From an uncultured Acidobacteriota bacterium (lineage in GTDB: Bacteria; Acidobacteriota; Vicinamibacteria; Vicinamibacterales; CAVVIG01), in assembly GCA_963789965.1 (NCBI GenBank), contig CAWBMO010000007.1, forward strand, positions 69,661 to 133,660: 64,000 bases of DNA, read 5' to 3'. Positions 48,001 through 58,577 of this stretch are shown here, in pieces. How positions within the stretch are numbered: the first letter of the stretch is position 1; each line of letters begins with the position of its first letter. Made by a program: the position numbers and the translations under genes. The notes under the pieces are model-generated. The model was not told the origin of the DNA and made no database searches. It saw nothing but the letters and a program-made list of their open reading frames with translations.

Positions 48001-48611
48001 GTGCAGATGAGCGGCAGATTGAGATCTCGCGCGATCCTCGGCAGGCCGCTGTTGACGACGCGCTGATCCTCGATGCCATGCCACTGCATCTCGAGGAAGA
48101 AGTTGCCGGGGCCCAGGATGTCCCGGTAGGCGGCTGCCGCTTGTACGGCCTTCCGCTCCTGCTGGTGCGAGAGGCCTTCCGCCACCTCGCCCTTCAAACA
48201 GCTGCTCAATCCGATCAGTCCTTTGGAGTGCGCGGCCAACAGCTCTTTGTCGATGCGGGGCTTGTAGTAGAACCCCTCCGTGTACCCGGCCGAGACGAGT
48301 TTGATCAGATTGTGGTAGCCCTCGTTGGTCTCCGCCAGCAGAACCAGATGGTTGGCGGTTTCGCCCGGATTCCCGCTCTTGGTGAGCCGGCTCCCTGGCG
48401 CGACGTAAACCTCGCATCCGAGAATCGGCTTCACGCCATGCTGCCGCGCGTGATCGTGAAACATGACCGAGGAGAACAGATTGCCGTGCTCGGTGACCGC
48501 AATCGCCGGCATCTTCAATTTCTCTGCCTGGTCGAGCAGCTCCTCGATGCGGCACGCGCCGTCAAGGAGGGAAAACTCAGTGTGTAGGTGAAGATGGACG
48601 AAGTCGGTCAC
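45018..48611 (-). pseudogene. dnaE: DNA polymerase III alpha subunit DnaE, C-terminal region broken by three +1 frameshifts
   Basis: GTG 48611 gives TDFVHLHLHTEFSLLDG (PHP domain). The ORF is intact to 45873. Continuation is RPRLMAAIDAACEHG (+1), then LRMQRDKNEGQAQLFG..EKETLGLYWSGHP (+2), then the OB-fold tail GGIIAACRLLKTRKGDRMAVFTIED (+3) to 45018. Shifts are near 45897-45902, 45850-45858 and 45562-45573 (GGGGCCCC run). Confidence 0.9.
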
Positions 48612-48615
48612 AGCT

Positions 48616-48791
48616 AGTCCTTGGTCCTTTGGTCTTGGTCCTTCGTCCGTCCTTGGTCTTTGGTCCTTCGTCCGTCCTTGATCATTCGTCCGTCCCTGGT
48701 CATTCGTGCTCGGTCCGTGCCAAGCGCCAAGGCCCAAGGACAACCAAGGACTAAGGACGGACCAAGAACCAAGGACCAAGAACCAAGGACC
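48616..48791. repeat. Tandem-heptamer palindrome, family A (largest copy)
   Basis: ~100-nt left arm with internal GGTCCTTCGTCCGTCCTTG duplications, ~70-nt right arm (CCAAGGAC/TAAGGAC units). Fills the guaA-dnaE spacer. Confidence 0.9.
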
Positions 48792-48795
48792 ATCG

Positions 48796-50373
48796 TCATT
48801 CCCACTCTATCGTGGACGGCGGCTTCGAACTGATGTCATACACAACCCGGTTGATCCCGCGGACTTCGTTGACGATGCGTGAGGAGATGCGAGCAAGCAG
48901 ATCGTGCGGCAGCCGCGCCCAGTCGGCGGTCATGCCATCACGACTTTCGACGGCTCGAATCGCGACGGTGTACTCATAGGTCCGCTCGTCGCCCATCACG
49001 CCGACGCTCTGCACCGGCAGCAGCACCGCGAAGCTTTGCCAGAGACGGGTATACCAGCCCTCCCGCCGCACCTCTTCCGTCACCACCGCATCGGCGCGGC
49101 GCAACAGGTTCAGTCGATCGGGCGTGACCTCGCCCAGGATCCGTACCGCCAGGCCGGGTCCGGGAAACGGCTGCCGGACAACGAACTCCTCCTCGAGCCC
49201 GAGCTTGCGTCCGACCTCGCGCACTTCATCTTTGAACAGCTCACGCAGCGGCTCGACGAGTTTCATCCGCATGCGTTCGGGAAGGCCGCCGACGTTGTGA
49301 TGGCTCTTGATCAGGGAGGACTGCCCCACGATCGCGACCGATTCGATCACGTCCGGATAGAGCGTGCCCTGGGCGAGAAAATCGACCTGACCGAGCTTCG
49401 CCGCCTCGGCATCGAAGACATCGATGAATGTCCCGCCGATGATTTTGCGCTTCCGTTCGGGATCGACCACTCCCGCCAGGCGATCGAGAAACAGCGATGA
49501 CGCGTCGACGAACACCAGCGGCAGCTTGAGCCGCTCGTAGCGTTTGCGGATCTGCGCCGCCTCGTCCAGGCGAAGGACGCCGTTATCCACGAAGATGCAC
49601 GTCAGCTTGTCGCCGACGGCACGATGAATGATGAGCGCGGCGACTGTTGAATCGACCCCGCCGCTCAGGGCGCAGACCACGCGGCCGGCGCCGACCTGCG
49701 CGCGAATCTTCGCGGTAGCCTCTTCGACAAACGACGCCATGGTCCAGTCGCCGGTGCAACCGCAGATGCCGTACGCAAAGTTTCGCAGAATATCGAGGCC
49801 GCGTTCGGTGTGCGCCACTTCAGGATGAAAGAGCAGCGCATACAGGCCGCGATCGGCGTTGGCCATCGCCGCGACCGGCGCGTTCGCACTGGTCGCGACG
49901 ACGTCGAATCCGGCGGGCGCCGCAGCCACGAAGTCGCCGTGACTGGCCCATACGCGAATCTCGTCCGGGATGTCGGTAAACAGGACGGCAGGCCCTGAAG
50001 GGCCTGCCCTACCGACGCCTCCAGCTGCGACGGGCACCCTGATCGTGACTGTCGCGTGGCCGAACTCGCGCTGCGGTGCGGGCGCCACCCGCCCCCCGAG
50101 CGTGTGTGCCATCAACTGCATGCCGTAGCAGATACCGAGCACGGGCGTGCCCATGTCGAACACCGCCGGATCGCAGCGGGGCGCGCCGTCATCGGATACG
50201 CTTTTTGGTCCGCCCGACAAGATCACGCCGACCGGCGCGCGACTGCGGATCTTGTCCGCCGATGTGTCGGGCGGCCAGATCTCGGAGTACACCGAAAGCT
50301 CGCGAAGGCGTCGGGCGATCAGTTGTGTGTATTGCGACCCGAAATCCAGAACGATGATCGTCTGATGACTCAC
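48796..50373 (-). CDS. guaA: GMP synthase (glutamine-hydrolysing)
   Basis: GTG 50373 gives [21 protein letters not shown]. GATase domain (GICYGMQ), ATP-PPase motif (SGGVDSTV), C-terminal PPSTIEWE. Confidence 0.9.
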   Translation of the reverse strand: MSHQTIIVLDFGSQYTQLIARRLRELSVYSEIWPPDTSADKIRSRAPVGVILSGGPKSVSDDGAPRCDPAVFDMGTPVLGICYGMQLMAHTLGGRVAPAPQREFGHATVTIRVPVAAGGVGRAGPSGPAVLFTDIPDEIRVWASHGDFVAAAPAGFDVVATSANAPVAAMANADRGLYALLFHPEVAHTERGLDILRNFAYGICGCTGDWTMASFVEEATAKIRAQVGAGRVVCALSGGVDSTVAALIIHRAVGDKLTCIFVDNGVLRLDEAAQIRKRYERLKLPLVFVDASSLFLDRLAGVVDPERKRKIIGGTFIDVFDAEAAKLGQVDFLAQGTLYPDVIESVAIVGQSSLIKSHHNVGGLPERMRMKLVEPLRELFKDEVREVGRKLGLEEEFVVRQPFPGPGLAVRILGEVTPDRLNLLRRADAVVTEEVRREGWYTRLWQSFAVLLPVQSVGVMGDERTYEYTVAIRAVESRDGMTADWARLPHDLLARISSRIVNEVRGINRVVYDISSKPPSTIEWE

Positions 50374-50429
50374 GAAGGGGCCTGCCCGAGCGTTACGAAT
50401 GGAAGTGGAATAGACGCTATTATAACGGT

Positions 50430-51626
50430 GTGGCCACAGGCCGAACCACAAGATGTTGTAGTGCAGTTGCCCTCATCATCACTGCCTTGGCAGCGATGAC
50501 ATCGCCCAGCGCAACGATCCGGGCGCAAACGACGCAGGCGGGCGCTCAGACACCGCTCTCGCTCTTTCCGATCCGAACGGTCTGGACGCTCGCCCTGAAC
50601 AACCAGCTCATCGCCCCCCCTGCGTATTCCGAATCGCACGCGTATTTCGCGATCGAAGGCGACCGGCTCGTGGCGTACGAGCTCGAGCGTGGGAGCCAGG
50701 AGTGGATCGTCACGGCACATCCTCAATTCGAGCCGACTGTCGGCGATGGATTGCTGTTCCTCGTCCAACCCGCCTCGCTGACGGCACTCCGAATGAAAGA
50801 CGGGAGCGTGGCCTGGCAGCTGCCCGCCATGGGCGAGCTCTCCGCTCCGCCCGTGTGGGACAACGGATGGCTGGTGCTCGCGATGCGCACCGGGGAGGTA
50901 CTCGCGTTCCGGGCGGTTGACGGACATCTCGTGTGGCGGCGCGATTTGGGATCGCCTGCGCACGCCCAACCCTCGCTTGCTCCCGGTCGCGTCTACGTGG
51001 CGGTCGACGACGGCCGCATCGTGGCGCTGCGAGAGGACACGGGCGATGTCGTGTGGGAACACCGCCTCGGGGGGCCGGCGACCGGCGTGCTCGCCCTCGA
51101 GGAGCGTCTCTACGCCGGGTCGAACGACAACTTCTTTTATGCGCTGGAGGCCGCCGACGGCAGGGTCGCGTGGCGCTGGCGCACCGGCGCTGATGTCGTC
51201 GGCATACCGGTGGTAGACGAACGGAACGTGTATTTCGTGTCGTTTGACAATGTCCTGCGCGCGCTGTCGCGCAAGACTGGCGTGCAGCAATGGGTGCGCC
51301 TGCTGCCGCTCAGGCCGACTCGAGGCCCACTGAAGATCGATCGCACGCTCGTCGTCAGCGGAATCGCGCCGACGCTCCGGGCCTACAACATGAAAGATGG
51401 CTCGCCGGCTGGCGATGTGCCTGGCTCGGGTGAACTGGCCGGATCGCCGTACGCCACACCGGGATCGCCGCAGATTCTGATGGTGACGCGCGACATCGCG
51501 AAGGGCGCGACGGCGACACTCTTCATGCGACAGCTCGATCCGCCGCTCAATCCCCTGGCCGCGCTGCCGAACGCGAACAAGGCGGCGTTCCTGGATCCGG
51601 TCACGCCCGCCGCTCCAGAACCGTAG
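50430..51626 (+). CDS. PQQ-like beta-propeller repeat protein (BamB/YfgL-like)
   Basis: 398 aa. Signal peptide. Repeated ..G.l.A.d..dG...W.. blades ([48 protein letters not shown]). Confidence 0.6.
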   Translation: MATGRTTRCCSAVALIITALAAMTSPSATIRAQTTQAGAQTPLSLFPIRTVWTLALNNQLIAPPAYSESHAYFAIEGDRLVAYELERGSQEWIVTAHPQFEPTVGDGLLFLVQPASLTALRMKDGSVAWQLPAMGELSAPPVWDNGWLVLAMRTGEVLAFRAVDGHLVWRRDLGSPAHAQPSLAPGRVYVAVDDGRIVALREDTGDVVWEHRLGGPATGVLALEERLYAGSNDNFFYALEAADGRVAWRWRTGADVVGIPVVDERNVYFVSFDNVLRALSRKTGVQQWVRLLPLRPTRGPLKIDRTLVVSGIAPTLRAYNMKDGSPAGDVPGSGELAGSPYATPGSPQILMVTRDIAKGATATLFMRQLDPPLNPLAALPNANKAAFLDPVTPAAPEP

Positions 51627-52641
51627 TCAGACGTGGCCGTTCGACCGCATTAGCCGGCTGCGATGCGCGGTCCCTGTGTCTGTATTGAAGGTACAGCGTC
51701 ACGTAGGCGCCGAGTGCTGTCAGCCCGAGATACTCGAACACCAGCCCGCGGACGAGCAGCGCGGCGAGCTGCAGCGGAACCACGGCGAGGCCGACGAGCG
51801 GTACGAAGGCGATGAGGCCGACGCCAGACCAGGCCAGCGCCGACGCGAACGTCGCGACGACGACCAGGGCGAGGACGACGCCGAAGACGGCCGCCAGTTC
51901 GCGGTACTCGGACCGAATGAACCGTAGAACGGCCAGGGGCGCCTTGGTCAGGCCACCGCCTTCCACGGCAATCGCGATCTGTATCAGCAAGTACAGCAGG
52001 TTAACGAGCGTGATCCACGCGACCAGTAACGCCGCGGACAGCGCCGCCGCGAACGTCCAGCCGACGAGGAGAAAACGGTCAGTGGCAGCACGGTATCCGT
52101 AGAAGACGAACGCCATGTACGCAGCGCCGGAGACGGCATACACGACCATCAGCGTCAGGCCCACGGCCAGATACGGCTTGAAGAGTCGGCGGCACCCCCC
52201 CATGAATCGCTCCAGCGTGAATCTCGACGCGGCGCGCAGGGCGTCGATGGTGATCGGCTCGCGCTCGATGGGGCCCACGGCCTGATGCGCGGCAATGAGC
52301 ACGTCGAGCGTGCCGCCCTTGACCAGGAACATGAGGGCCGACCCACCAATCAACACCACGGCGAAGGCCGCGACGAACGCAAGCATCACCACGGGGACCA
52401 CAGGCGCCACGGCTCCGGACATCAGCGCGTTGGTGATGGCCGTGAAGATATCCCGGCGGGATCCCTGGATCAGCTCGGCAAGGTCGGCGCCAAGCAGCAC
52501 CGCCACCAGGATCGCCGAGCCAATGAGCGGAACGGCCAGCAGCACCTGGACGGTTGTGGCGGCCACGAACTGAATCGCGATGACGGGCCAGTTCGCCGCG
52601 GCGAGGAGTGCGCCGCGCTTGAGGAGAAGTTTGAGGCGCAT
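51601..52641 (-). CDS. Integral membrane protein, unknown function
   Basis: 346 aa with about 8 hydrophobic helices. No recognisable catalytic motif. Its 3' end overlaps the convergent gene by 26 nt. Confidence 0.5.
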   Translation of the reverse strand: MRLKLLLKRGALLAAANWPVIAIQFVAATTVQVLLAVPLIGSAILVAVLLGADLAELIQGSRRDIFTAITNALMSGAVAPVVPVVMLAFVAAFAVVLIGGSALMFLVKGGTLDVLIAAHQAVGPIEREPITIDALRAASRFTLERFMGGCRRLFKPYLAVGLTLMVVYAVSGAAYMAFVFYGYRAATDRFLLVGWTFAAALSAALLVAWITLVNLLYLLIQIAIAVEGGGLTKAPLAVLRFIRSEYRELAAVFGVVLALVVVATFASALAWSGVGLIAFVPLVGLAVVPLQLAALLVRGLVFEYLGLTALGAYVTLYLQYRHRDRASQPANAVERPRLTTVLERRA

Positions 52642-52675
52642 TGGCGCAGGTCTTTAGACCTGCCTTTCTTCAGCA

Positions 52676-55600
52676 TTGTATGCTGTCTTTATCGTGCTGA
52701 CTTCGTCCACGCCGAGCGGCATCGTCCGCACGGGTCTCCTCGCCGCGCTGGCGGTCGCCGCCGGCGGCTGGACGCTCGAGCGTGTGCGGTTCGGCGCGTC
52801 TGACGCCGAGGCCATCGCGCGCGTCGAGGCGGAGACCCAGCAACGGTTTGACGCCAGTGCGGACAGACTCGGCGCCCTGACGGCCCGCGCCGGCCAGCGC
52901 GAACTGATTCGGGCGGCCGCGCGTGATGCTGCCGCCGCCGCGCGGCTCTTCGACGCGCTCGACGCCGCGCTGGCTGGCGACCAGGCCCACACCGGCATTA
53001 CGGTCTTCGATGCGGCCGGGACGCCCGTGGCGTGGGCCGGTCTCGTGGCGGATCTTCCGAGGCCGCTCGACGGCCCCGCGGCGCTCGTCGTGACCGCCGG
53101 CGCGCTTGGTCCTCGCCTCACGCGCATTGAGCCGATTCTCGACACCGATCGCCGTCCCGCCACTCGCTTCGCCACCATCGTCGCCGAGCAGATTCTCGAA
53201 CCCGTCAATCGCCCGCCGGCCCTGAGCGGTCGGTTCGTGCTGTCCACTTCGCTCGCTCCGGTCACGCTCCGCGTGGGCGCGGTGACGCCCACGCCGTCGC
53301 CGCCGGTCTTCTCGATTACCTCGCGAGCCGGCGGCACGCTGATCGACGCCGAAGTGGCCCCTGGCGATCTCGCCGACGCGCGGGCGCGGTGGCGTCGAGG
53401 CACGGGTGCGGCAGTGCTCTCCGTGTTCGCCTTCACCCTGTTGTTTGGCGCCGGCGTTCTTGTCGAGAAACGCCGGCGCAGCAACACCTTCGGGGCGCAC
53501 CTCGCTCTGTCCGCCGGCATTGTGGCCGCTCTCGTTCTGGCGCGCGCGCTCTTCCAATTCGCGACGATGCAAGTCGAAGCCGCGCCGTCGCTCGTGGGTC
53601 CACTCGACCTGCTCCTGACCTCGCTCGTGGCCGCTGCGCTCGCATGGCTCGCGATCGACCTTATCGAAAGCCGCCGGCGGGCTCGACCGCGAGCGCGGCT
53701 GCTGGCCGCGGACGCGACGGCACTCGTGGCCGTCGTCTACCTCATCGTGGGCGTGCTCGACGCGGTGCTGCTTTGGGCGTACGGCCGCTTTATTCAGTCA
53801 GTCGTCCTGGGCACAACCGTCGACCTGCTGCACTTCTCGCTGCACCCCTTCGATGCCACGCGGCTCGGGCTTGGCTTCGGGCTGGTGCTGCTCCACGCGG
53901 CCATCATCTGGACTGCGGCCGCCCTTATTCGTGTGCCCGCGCTTCTGTGGCGGGTGCCGAGACGCAGGTTGCCCGCCGTGGCGGCGGCGAGCTGGGCCGT
54001 CGGCGCGCTCGCAGCGGTGATGGTCGCCCGACTGCGTGATCCGTCAATCCCCTCACTGCCCTTCGTCATTGCCCTGGCCGCGGCCGCTGGTTGTGCACTG
54101 TCGCTGCCGAAACTCCGCGTGCGCGCCCGGAGCGTGTCGCAATCGATGCGGATCGCGGGACTGTTTCTCGCGCTCCTCGTTCCCGCCATCGCGATGTACC
54201 CGCTGCTTTCCACGTTTGCGATTGAAGCCAAGGAGCGGCTCATCGCCAACGAGTACGGCGCTCAGGTCATTGCGCAGCGCGAGGACCTGCAGCAACGCCT
54301 GAGTCGCGCGCTCGATCAAATCGACGCACTGGCCGCCCTCCCGGAGCTCGTCGCGGCGCCCGCCGACGACAACGCGAGAGGCGCCTTCCTCGTCTGGTAT
54401 CAGACTGAGCTCCAGAAATATCGCGTCACATCCGCCGTCGAGCTGTACGGACGCGATGGACGGCGTGTGAGCCGCTTCGCCCTGATTCTGCCGGAAATCG
54501 GCACGACGCCGTACCGCCCTGCGGGCTGCGATTGGGATCTCTCCGACGACGTCTCGCCGCCGCGAAGCTCCCGAACGGGGGCGAACGAGTCGCACGTGCT
54601 GCGCGCAAGTCGAGGCGTCTGCGTGAACGGACGACCGCTCGGCGGCATCATCGTCCGCGCGATGCTCGACTATCGCACGCTGCCGTTCATCTCGTCGCGA
54701 AGCCCCTATCTCGAGTCACTGCGGCCGGACCCTGAGGCGTCTGCCGAGGGCGTGCCCGGCCGCGATATCGAGTTCGTGTTGTACGGCTGGAGCCGCGCTC
54801 CTCTGTTCGCCTCGGGCACGAGCGTCTGGACCATTCCCGATGCGGCGTTCGAGCAGATGGTGGATTCGCGAACGCGGTTCTGGGCCGACGTTGATCGCGG
54901 CGACGAGCGGTTTCGCGTCTACTTCATGAACGACCGCGGCGGCATGTATGCGCTCGGCTATCCGGTCATGACGGCGTTCGGCCATCTGATCAATCTGGCG
55001 GAGCTGGTCACGCTGGCCTTCGTGCTGTTCGTCCTGCTGATCGCCAGCGCCACGATCTTCAACACGGTGTTCTCGCACGCGCCAACCACGGGGCGGGCAC
55101 TCCTGCGCGAGATTCGGTCGAGCTTCTATCGCAAGCTGCGGCTTGCGTTCGTCGTGGGATCGGTGGCGCCGGTGATTATCCTCGCCTACTCCACGCACGT
55201 GTACTTCGCCAATGAGTTGAACGCCGGCATCGAGGACGCCGCTGCGCGGACAGCGACGGTCGCGCAGCGCCTTGTCGAAGACTACGCCGCGCTGCAGCAA
55301 CGCGGCTCTGGAGGGTCGGGAGGACTCGAGACGCTGGACGACGACACCATGATGCTCGTCAGCCGTGCCATCGACGAAGACGTCAACCTCTTCGAACGAA
55401 CCCGCCTTCAGGCGACGAGTGCGCTCGACCTGTACGCCTCGCAGCTGCTTCCCAACCGCACGCCGGCCGACGTCTACCGGCGGGTCTACCTCGAGCGCGC
55501 GCCAACGTATGTCGGAGAGCAGGAGGTCGGCACGGTCCGGTATCTCGTTGCCGCCGCGCCTGTCCGAACGGCGGGACGGGAGGGCATCGTGACGGTGCCG

Positions 55601-56590
55601 GTGACGTTACGGCCGCTCGAGGTCGAAAGCCAGCTCGACGAGCTCGACCGTCGTGTGCTGTTTGGCGCGGTGCTGTTCAGCCTTCTTGGGGGCGCGCTGG
55701 GGTACTGGATGGCGGAGCGTATCGCCGATCCCGTGAACCGGCTCACACGCGCGACCCGGCGGATCGCGCGCGGGGATCTCGATGCCCGCATCGCCACGAC
55801 GTCGGCGGACGAGCTTGGACGCCTGGTCCAGGACTTCAACCAGATGGCGGCCGATCTGCGGCGCCAGCGCAGCGAGCTCGAACGCACGCAGCGCCTCGAG
55901 GCATGGGCCGACATGGCGCGGCAGGTCGCACACGATATCAAGAACCCGCTGACGCCGATCCAGCTCTCCGCCGAACATGCGCGGCGCGTCAACCTCGATC
56001 GCGGACGCCCGCTGTCGCCGGTCCTCGATGAGTGCATCACGGTCATCCTCAACCAGGTCAGGCTGCTGCGTCAGATCTCGGCCGAGTTCTCGAGTTTTGC
56101 CTCGTCTCCCACGCCGCATCCGGAACCGACGGCACTACCCGCACTCATCGACGAAGTCGTCTCGCCGTACCGCACGGGGCTGGCCGATCGGATCACCATC
56201 GACGTGGAGTCGCCGGGCGACCTTCCCCTGGTGACCATCGACCGCACGCTGTTTGCGCGCGCGCTGACCAACATCATCGAGAACGCGCTGTACGCCATGC
56301 CCGGTAAAGGTGCGCTCACGATCACGGTCCGCCTGGAGGGGGACACTGCGCCGCAGGTCCGGCTAAAGCCGGAAACTACGGAAGTGGTGGTTGAGATCAC
56401 CGACACCGGTGTCGGAATGGACGACGAAGCGCTCAGCAAGATGTTCGAGCCGTACTTCTCGACGAAGGCCACCGGAACCGGACTCGGGCTGACGATTGCC
56501 AAGCGGAACATCGAGCTGAACGGTGGGACCATTCAGGTGAAGAGCCAGCGCGGCGTCGGCACGACGGTGACGCTGACGCTGCCTGCGTGA
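52676..56590 (+). CDS. Large multi-pass sensor histidine kinase (NtrY-like: HAMP + HisKA + HATPase)
   Basis: 1304 aa. Many TM segments. HAMP (PVNRLTRATRRIARGDLD..ADELGRLVQDFNQMA), H-box (VAHDIKNPLTPIQLSAE), and N/G boxes (ENALYAM, DTGVGM, GTGLGLTI). Confidence 0.8.
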   Translation: MYAVFIVLTSSTPSGIVRTGLLAALAVAAGGWTLERVRFGASDAEAIARVEAETQQRFDASADRLGALTARAGQRELIRAAARDAAAAARLFDALDAALAGDQAHTGITVFDAAGTPVAWAGLVADLPRPLDGPAALVVTAGALGPRLTRIEPILDTDRRPATRFATIVAEQILEPVNRPPALSGRFVLSTSLAPVTLRVGAVTPTPSPPVFSITSRAGGTLIDAEVAPGDLADARARWRRGTGAAVLSVFAFTLLFGAGVLVEKRRRSNTFGAHLALSAGIVAALVLARALFQFATMQVEAAPSLVGPLDLLLTSLVAAALAWLAIDLIESRRRARPRARLLAADATALVAVVYLIVGVLDAVLLWAYGRFIQSVVLGTTVDLLHFSLHPFDATRLGLGFGLVLLHAAIIWTAAALIRVPALLWRVPRRRLPAVAAASWAVGALAAVMVARLRDPSIPSLPFVIALAAAAGCALSLPKLRVRARSVSQSMRIAGLFLALLVPAIAMYPLLSTFAIEAKERLIANEYGAQVIAQREDLQQRLSRALDQIDALAALPELVAAPADDNARGAFLVWYQTELQKYRVTSAVELYGRDGRRVSRFALILPEIGTTPYRPAGCDWDLSDDVSPPRSSRTGANESHVLRASRGVCVNGRPLGGIIVRAMLDYRTLPFISSRSPYLESLRPDPEASAEGVPGRDIEFVLYGWSRAPLFASGTSVWTIPDAAFEQMVDSRTRFWADVDRGDERFRVYFMNDRGGMYALGYPVMTAFGHLINLAELVTLAFVLFVLLIASATIFNTVFSHAPTTGRALLREIRSSFYRKLRLAFVVGSVAPVIILAYSTHVYFANELNAGIEDAAARTATVAQRLVEDYAALQQRGSGGSGGLETLDDDTMMLVSRAIDEDVNLFERTRLQATSALDLYASQLLPNRTPADVYRRVYLERAPTYVGEQEVGTVRYLVAAAPVRTAGREGIVTVPVTLRPLEVESQLDELDRRVLFGAVLFSLLGGALGYWMAERIADPVNRLTRATRRIARGDLDARIATTSADELGRLVQDFNQMAADLRRQRSELERTQRLEAWADMARQVAHDIKNPLTPIQLSAEHARRVNLDRGRPLSPVLDECITVILNQVRLLRQISAEFSSFASSPTPHPEPTALPALIDEVVSPYRTGLADRITIDVESPGDLPLVTIDRTLFARALTNIIENALYAMPGKGALTITVRLEGDTAPQVRLKPETTEVVVEITDTGVGMDDEALSKMFEPYFSTKATGTGLGLTIAKRNIELNGGTIQVKSQRGVGTTVTLTLPA

Positions 56591-56593
56591 AAA

Positions 56594-56613
56594 GGGCGTC
56601 GGGTCCCGACCCC
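56594..56613. terminator. Short GC hairpin between convergent kinase and pssA genes (possible bidirectional intrinsic terminator)
   Basis: GGGCGTCGG-GTC-CCGACCCC stem-loop, followed by TGTTTC on + and TTTTC on -. Confidence 0.35.
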
Positions 56614-56617
56614 TGTT

Positions 56618-57457
56618 TCACAACCCGGTGCCATCGCGGGCGGGCGGATCGATCGGAACGGCGTGAGGGGAGGTGTCCTGGCGGGGGCGGTCGCCTCGGC
56701 GCAGACGGCTGAAGGCCAGGCCGACGAACGCGGAGACGAGATACGAGTACGCCAGCACGATGAGCACGACGCGTGGATGCGTCGCAATAAGGGCGATGCC
56801 GGCTGCGAGCAGGATGACCACCGTATACGACCGGCGGCTCTGCAGGTCGATGCTCTTGAAGCTGCGGAACCGGATTGTGCTCACCATCAACGCGGCAGGG
56901 ATGAGCACCATCGCCAGCGCCGGCAGAGCCGCCCGATAGTCGGCCAGACCATCGGGAAAGGCGAAGACCGTCGCGGCCGGTATCCCCGCCGCCGCCGGGC
57001 TCGGCATGCCGACGAAGTACCGTTTGTCACCGCCCATGCTGCTCTGAATATTGAAGCGCGCCAGCCGCATCGCCGCCGCCGTGAGGAACAGAAACCCGGC
57101 GAGCCATCCCAGGCGGCCGAGAGGCTGGAGTCCCCAAGAGAACGACAGAATGGCGGGCGCGATACCGAACGAGATCACGTCGGCAAGCGAGTCGAATTCG
57201 ACGCCGAAATCGCTCGCCGAGCCGGTCATCCGCGCGATGCGGCCGTCGAGCATGTCGAGCACGATGGCAAATCCGATAAACGGCGCGGCCGTCTCGAACT
57301 CGCCGCGCATCGCGAAGACGATGCACGAGTACCCGCAGAACATGTTGCCCAGCGTGAACAGCGTGGGCAGGATGTAGACACCCCGCCGGAACCGTCGCCG
57401 AGGCCGGTCGGCCGCGCGCCGCAGGAATCGCAACCGTCCCGCCTGGTGAGTCAGCAC
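56618..57457 (-). CDS. pssA: CDP-diacylglycerol--serine O-phosphatidyltransferase
   Basis: 279 aa. CDP-alcohol phosphotransferase motif (DMLDGRIARMTG..FGVEFDSLADVISFG). GTG start. Confidence 0.85.
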   Translation of the reverse strand: MLTHQAGRLRFLRRAADRPRRRFRRGVYILPTLFTLGNMFCGYSCIVFAMRGEFETAAPFIGFAIVLDMLDGRIARMTGSASDFGVEFDSLADVISFGIAPAILSFSWGLQPLGRLGWLAGFLFLTAAAMRLARFNIQSSMGGDKRYFVGMPSPAAAGIPAATVFAFPDGLADYRAALPALAMVLIPAALMVSTIRFRSFKSIDLQSRRSYTVVILLAAGIALIATHPRVVLIVLAYSYLVSAFVGLAFSRLRRGDRPRQDTSPHAVPIDPPARDGTGL

Positions 57458-57467
57458 AATGACACCT

Positions 57468-57543
57468 GAATCGGGTAATTGGATAATCGGGTAATTGAGT
57501 AATTGCGATTACCCAATTACCCAATTACCCGATTACCCAATGC
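57468..57543. repeat. Tandem-octamer palindrome, family B
   Basis: The left arm GAATCGGGTAATTGGATAATCGGGTAATTGAGTAAT is identical to 31354-31389. The right arm contains the psd stop. Lies inside the psd-pssA operon. Confidence 0.9.
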
Positions 57544-58185
57544 CCCTGTCTGTGAGTGTAGCACCGCGATGACGGTTTCGCCGCCGCGCACCATGTCGCC
57601 GACTGCAACAGTAATCGTGGCATCAAGCGGCACGAACACATCCATCCGCGAGCCGAATTTCATGATGCCGAAACGGTCACCGGCGCGCACGTCTGTACCG
57701 GTTGCCACGCGACAGACAACGCGCCGGGCCAGCATCCCGACGATTTGACGGGCCACGATCGTCTGACCGCCGTGATCGATCCAGATCTCACTCCGCTCAT
57801 TGGTCGTACCTGCATCGTGCCGGTACGCCGGCAGAAACCGGCCGGGCTTGAACGTCACCCGCGTGACACGACCGGAAGCCGGAATGCGATTGACGTGCAC
57901 GTCCATGGGCGACAGAAAGATACTGACCTGCTGCCACGATCCGGGCGGGGACGATTCTGCGGGGGCCAGGCCGGCCACTAGCACGCGGCCATCCGCCGGC
58001 GAGAGCACCGCCTCCTCATCTGACGGCGACAGTCGATCCGGATCGCGGAAGAAAAAGAGGAAGAAGCCCGCGAGAAGAAGGAACGGCAACGCCCCCAGCC
58101 AGGCGCCAGCGACAACCCACGCGAGCGCGAGGGCAAGCGCGCCGCCGATGAACGGCAACGCGGCGGGATCGATGTGAATGGCCAT
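57517..58185 (-). CDS. psd: Phosphatidylserine decarboxylase-related proenzyme
   Basis: 222 aa. N-terminal TM helices. FLSPMDVHVNR and the self-cleavage region FGSRMD. The stop codon lies in repeat B4. Confidence 0.8.
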   Translation of the reverse strand: MAIHIDPAALPFIGGALALALAWVVAGAWLGALPFLLLAGFFLFFFRDPDRLSPSDEEAVLSPADGRVLVAGLAPAESSPPGSWQQVSIFLSPMDVHVNRIPASGRVTRVTFKPGRFLPAYRHDAGTTNERSEIWIDHGGQTIVARQIVGMLARRVVCRVATGTDVRAGDRFGIMKFGSRMDVFVPLDATITVAVGDMVRGGETVIAVLHSQTGALGNRVIG

Positions 58186-58198
58186 CGATCACTATCTT

Positions 58199-58274
58199 AA
58201 GAGGTTCGAGAGGTTTCGAGAGATTCGAAAGGTTCGAGAGGTTCTAGAACCCTTAGAACCTCTCGAACCTCTCG
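58199..58274. repeat. Tandem-nonamer palindrome, family G (GAGAGGTTC)n ... (GAACCTCTC)n
   Basis: Centred on GGTTCTAGAACC (58241-58252). Lies between the DUF465 gene and psd. Confidence 0.85.
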
Positions 58275-58281
58275 CCGCCCG

Positions 58282-58506
58282 CTAGGCTTGGCGATGCCGC
58301 CGGAGGATATCCTCCATGCGATCCTTGATCTGCAGCTTGCGTTTCTTCAGCGTGACTTCTTCGACTTGTTCTGGTTCCGAAAGGTAATGCTTGGTAGTGA
58401 GCTCGTGGAGTCGACCTTCAAGTTCGTGGTGTTTCGCAAAGAGGGTGTGGAATTCTTCGTCCGTCTGCAGCAACTGATCCTTCAAGTCCTGCGACTGCCC
58501 ATTCAT
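58282..58506 (-). CDS. DUF465 (YdcH-like) small coiled-coil protein
   Basis: 74 aa from ATG 58506, preceded by AAGGAGG. ..L...D.EF..L..KHHELE.RL.EL... pattern. Confidence 0.6.
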   Translation of the reverse strand: MNGQSQDLKDQLLQTDEEFHTLFAKHHELEGRLHELTTKHYLSEPEQVEEVTLKKRKLQIKDRMEDILRRHRQA

Positions 58507-58577
58507 GAACGCCTCCTTGGACATCGCCAGCCACCCGGCGTGCCTCGGCCGAAAACTAACACAAGCTCTCCGACCTT

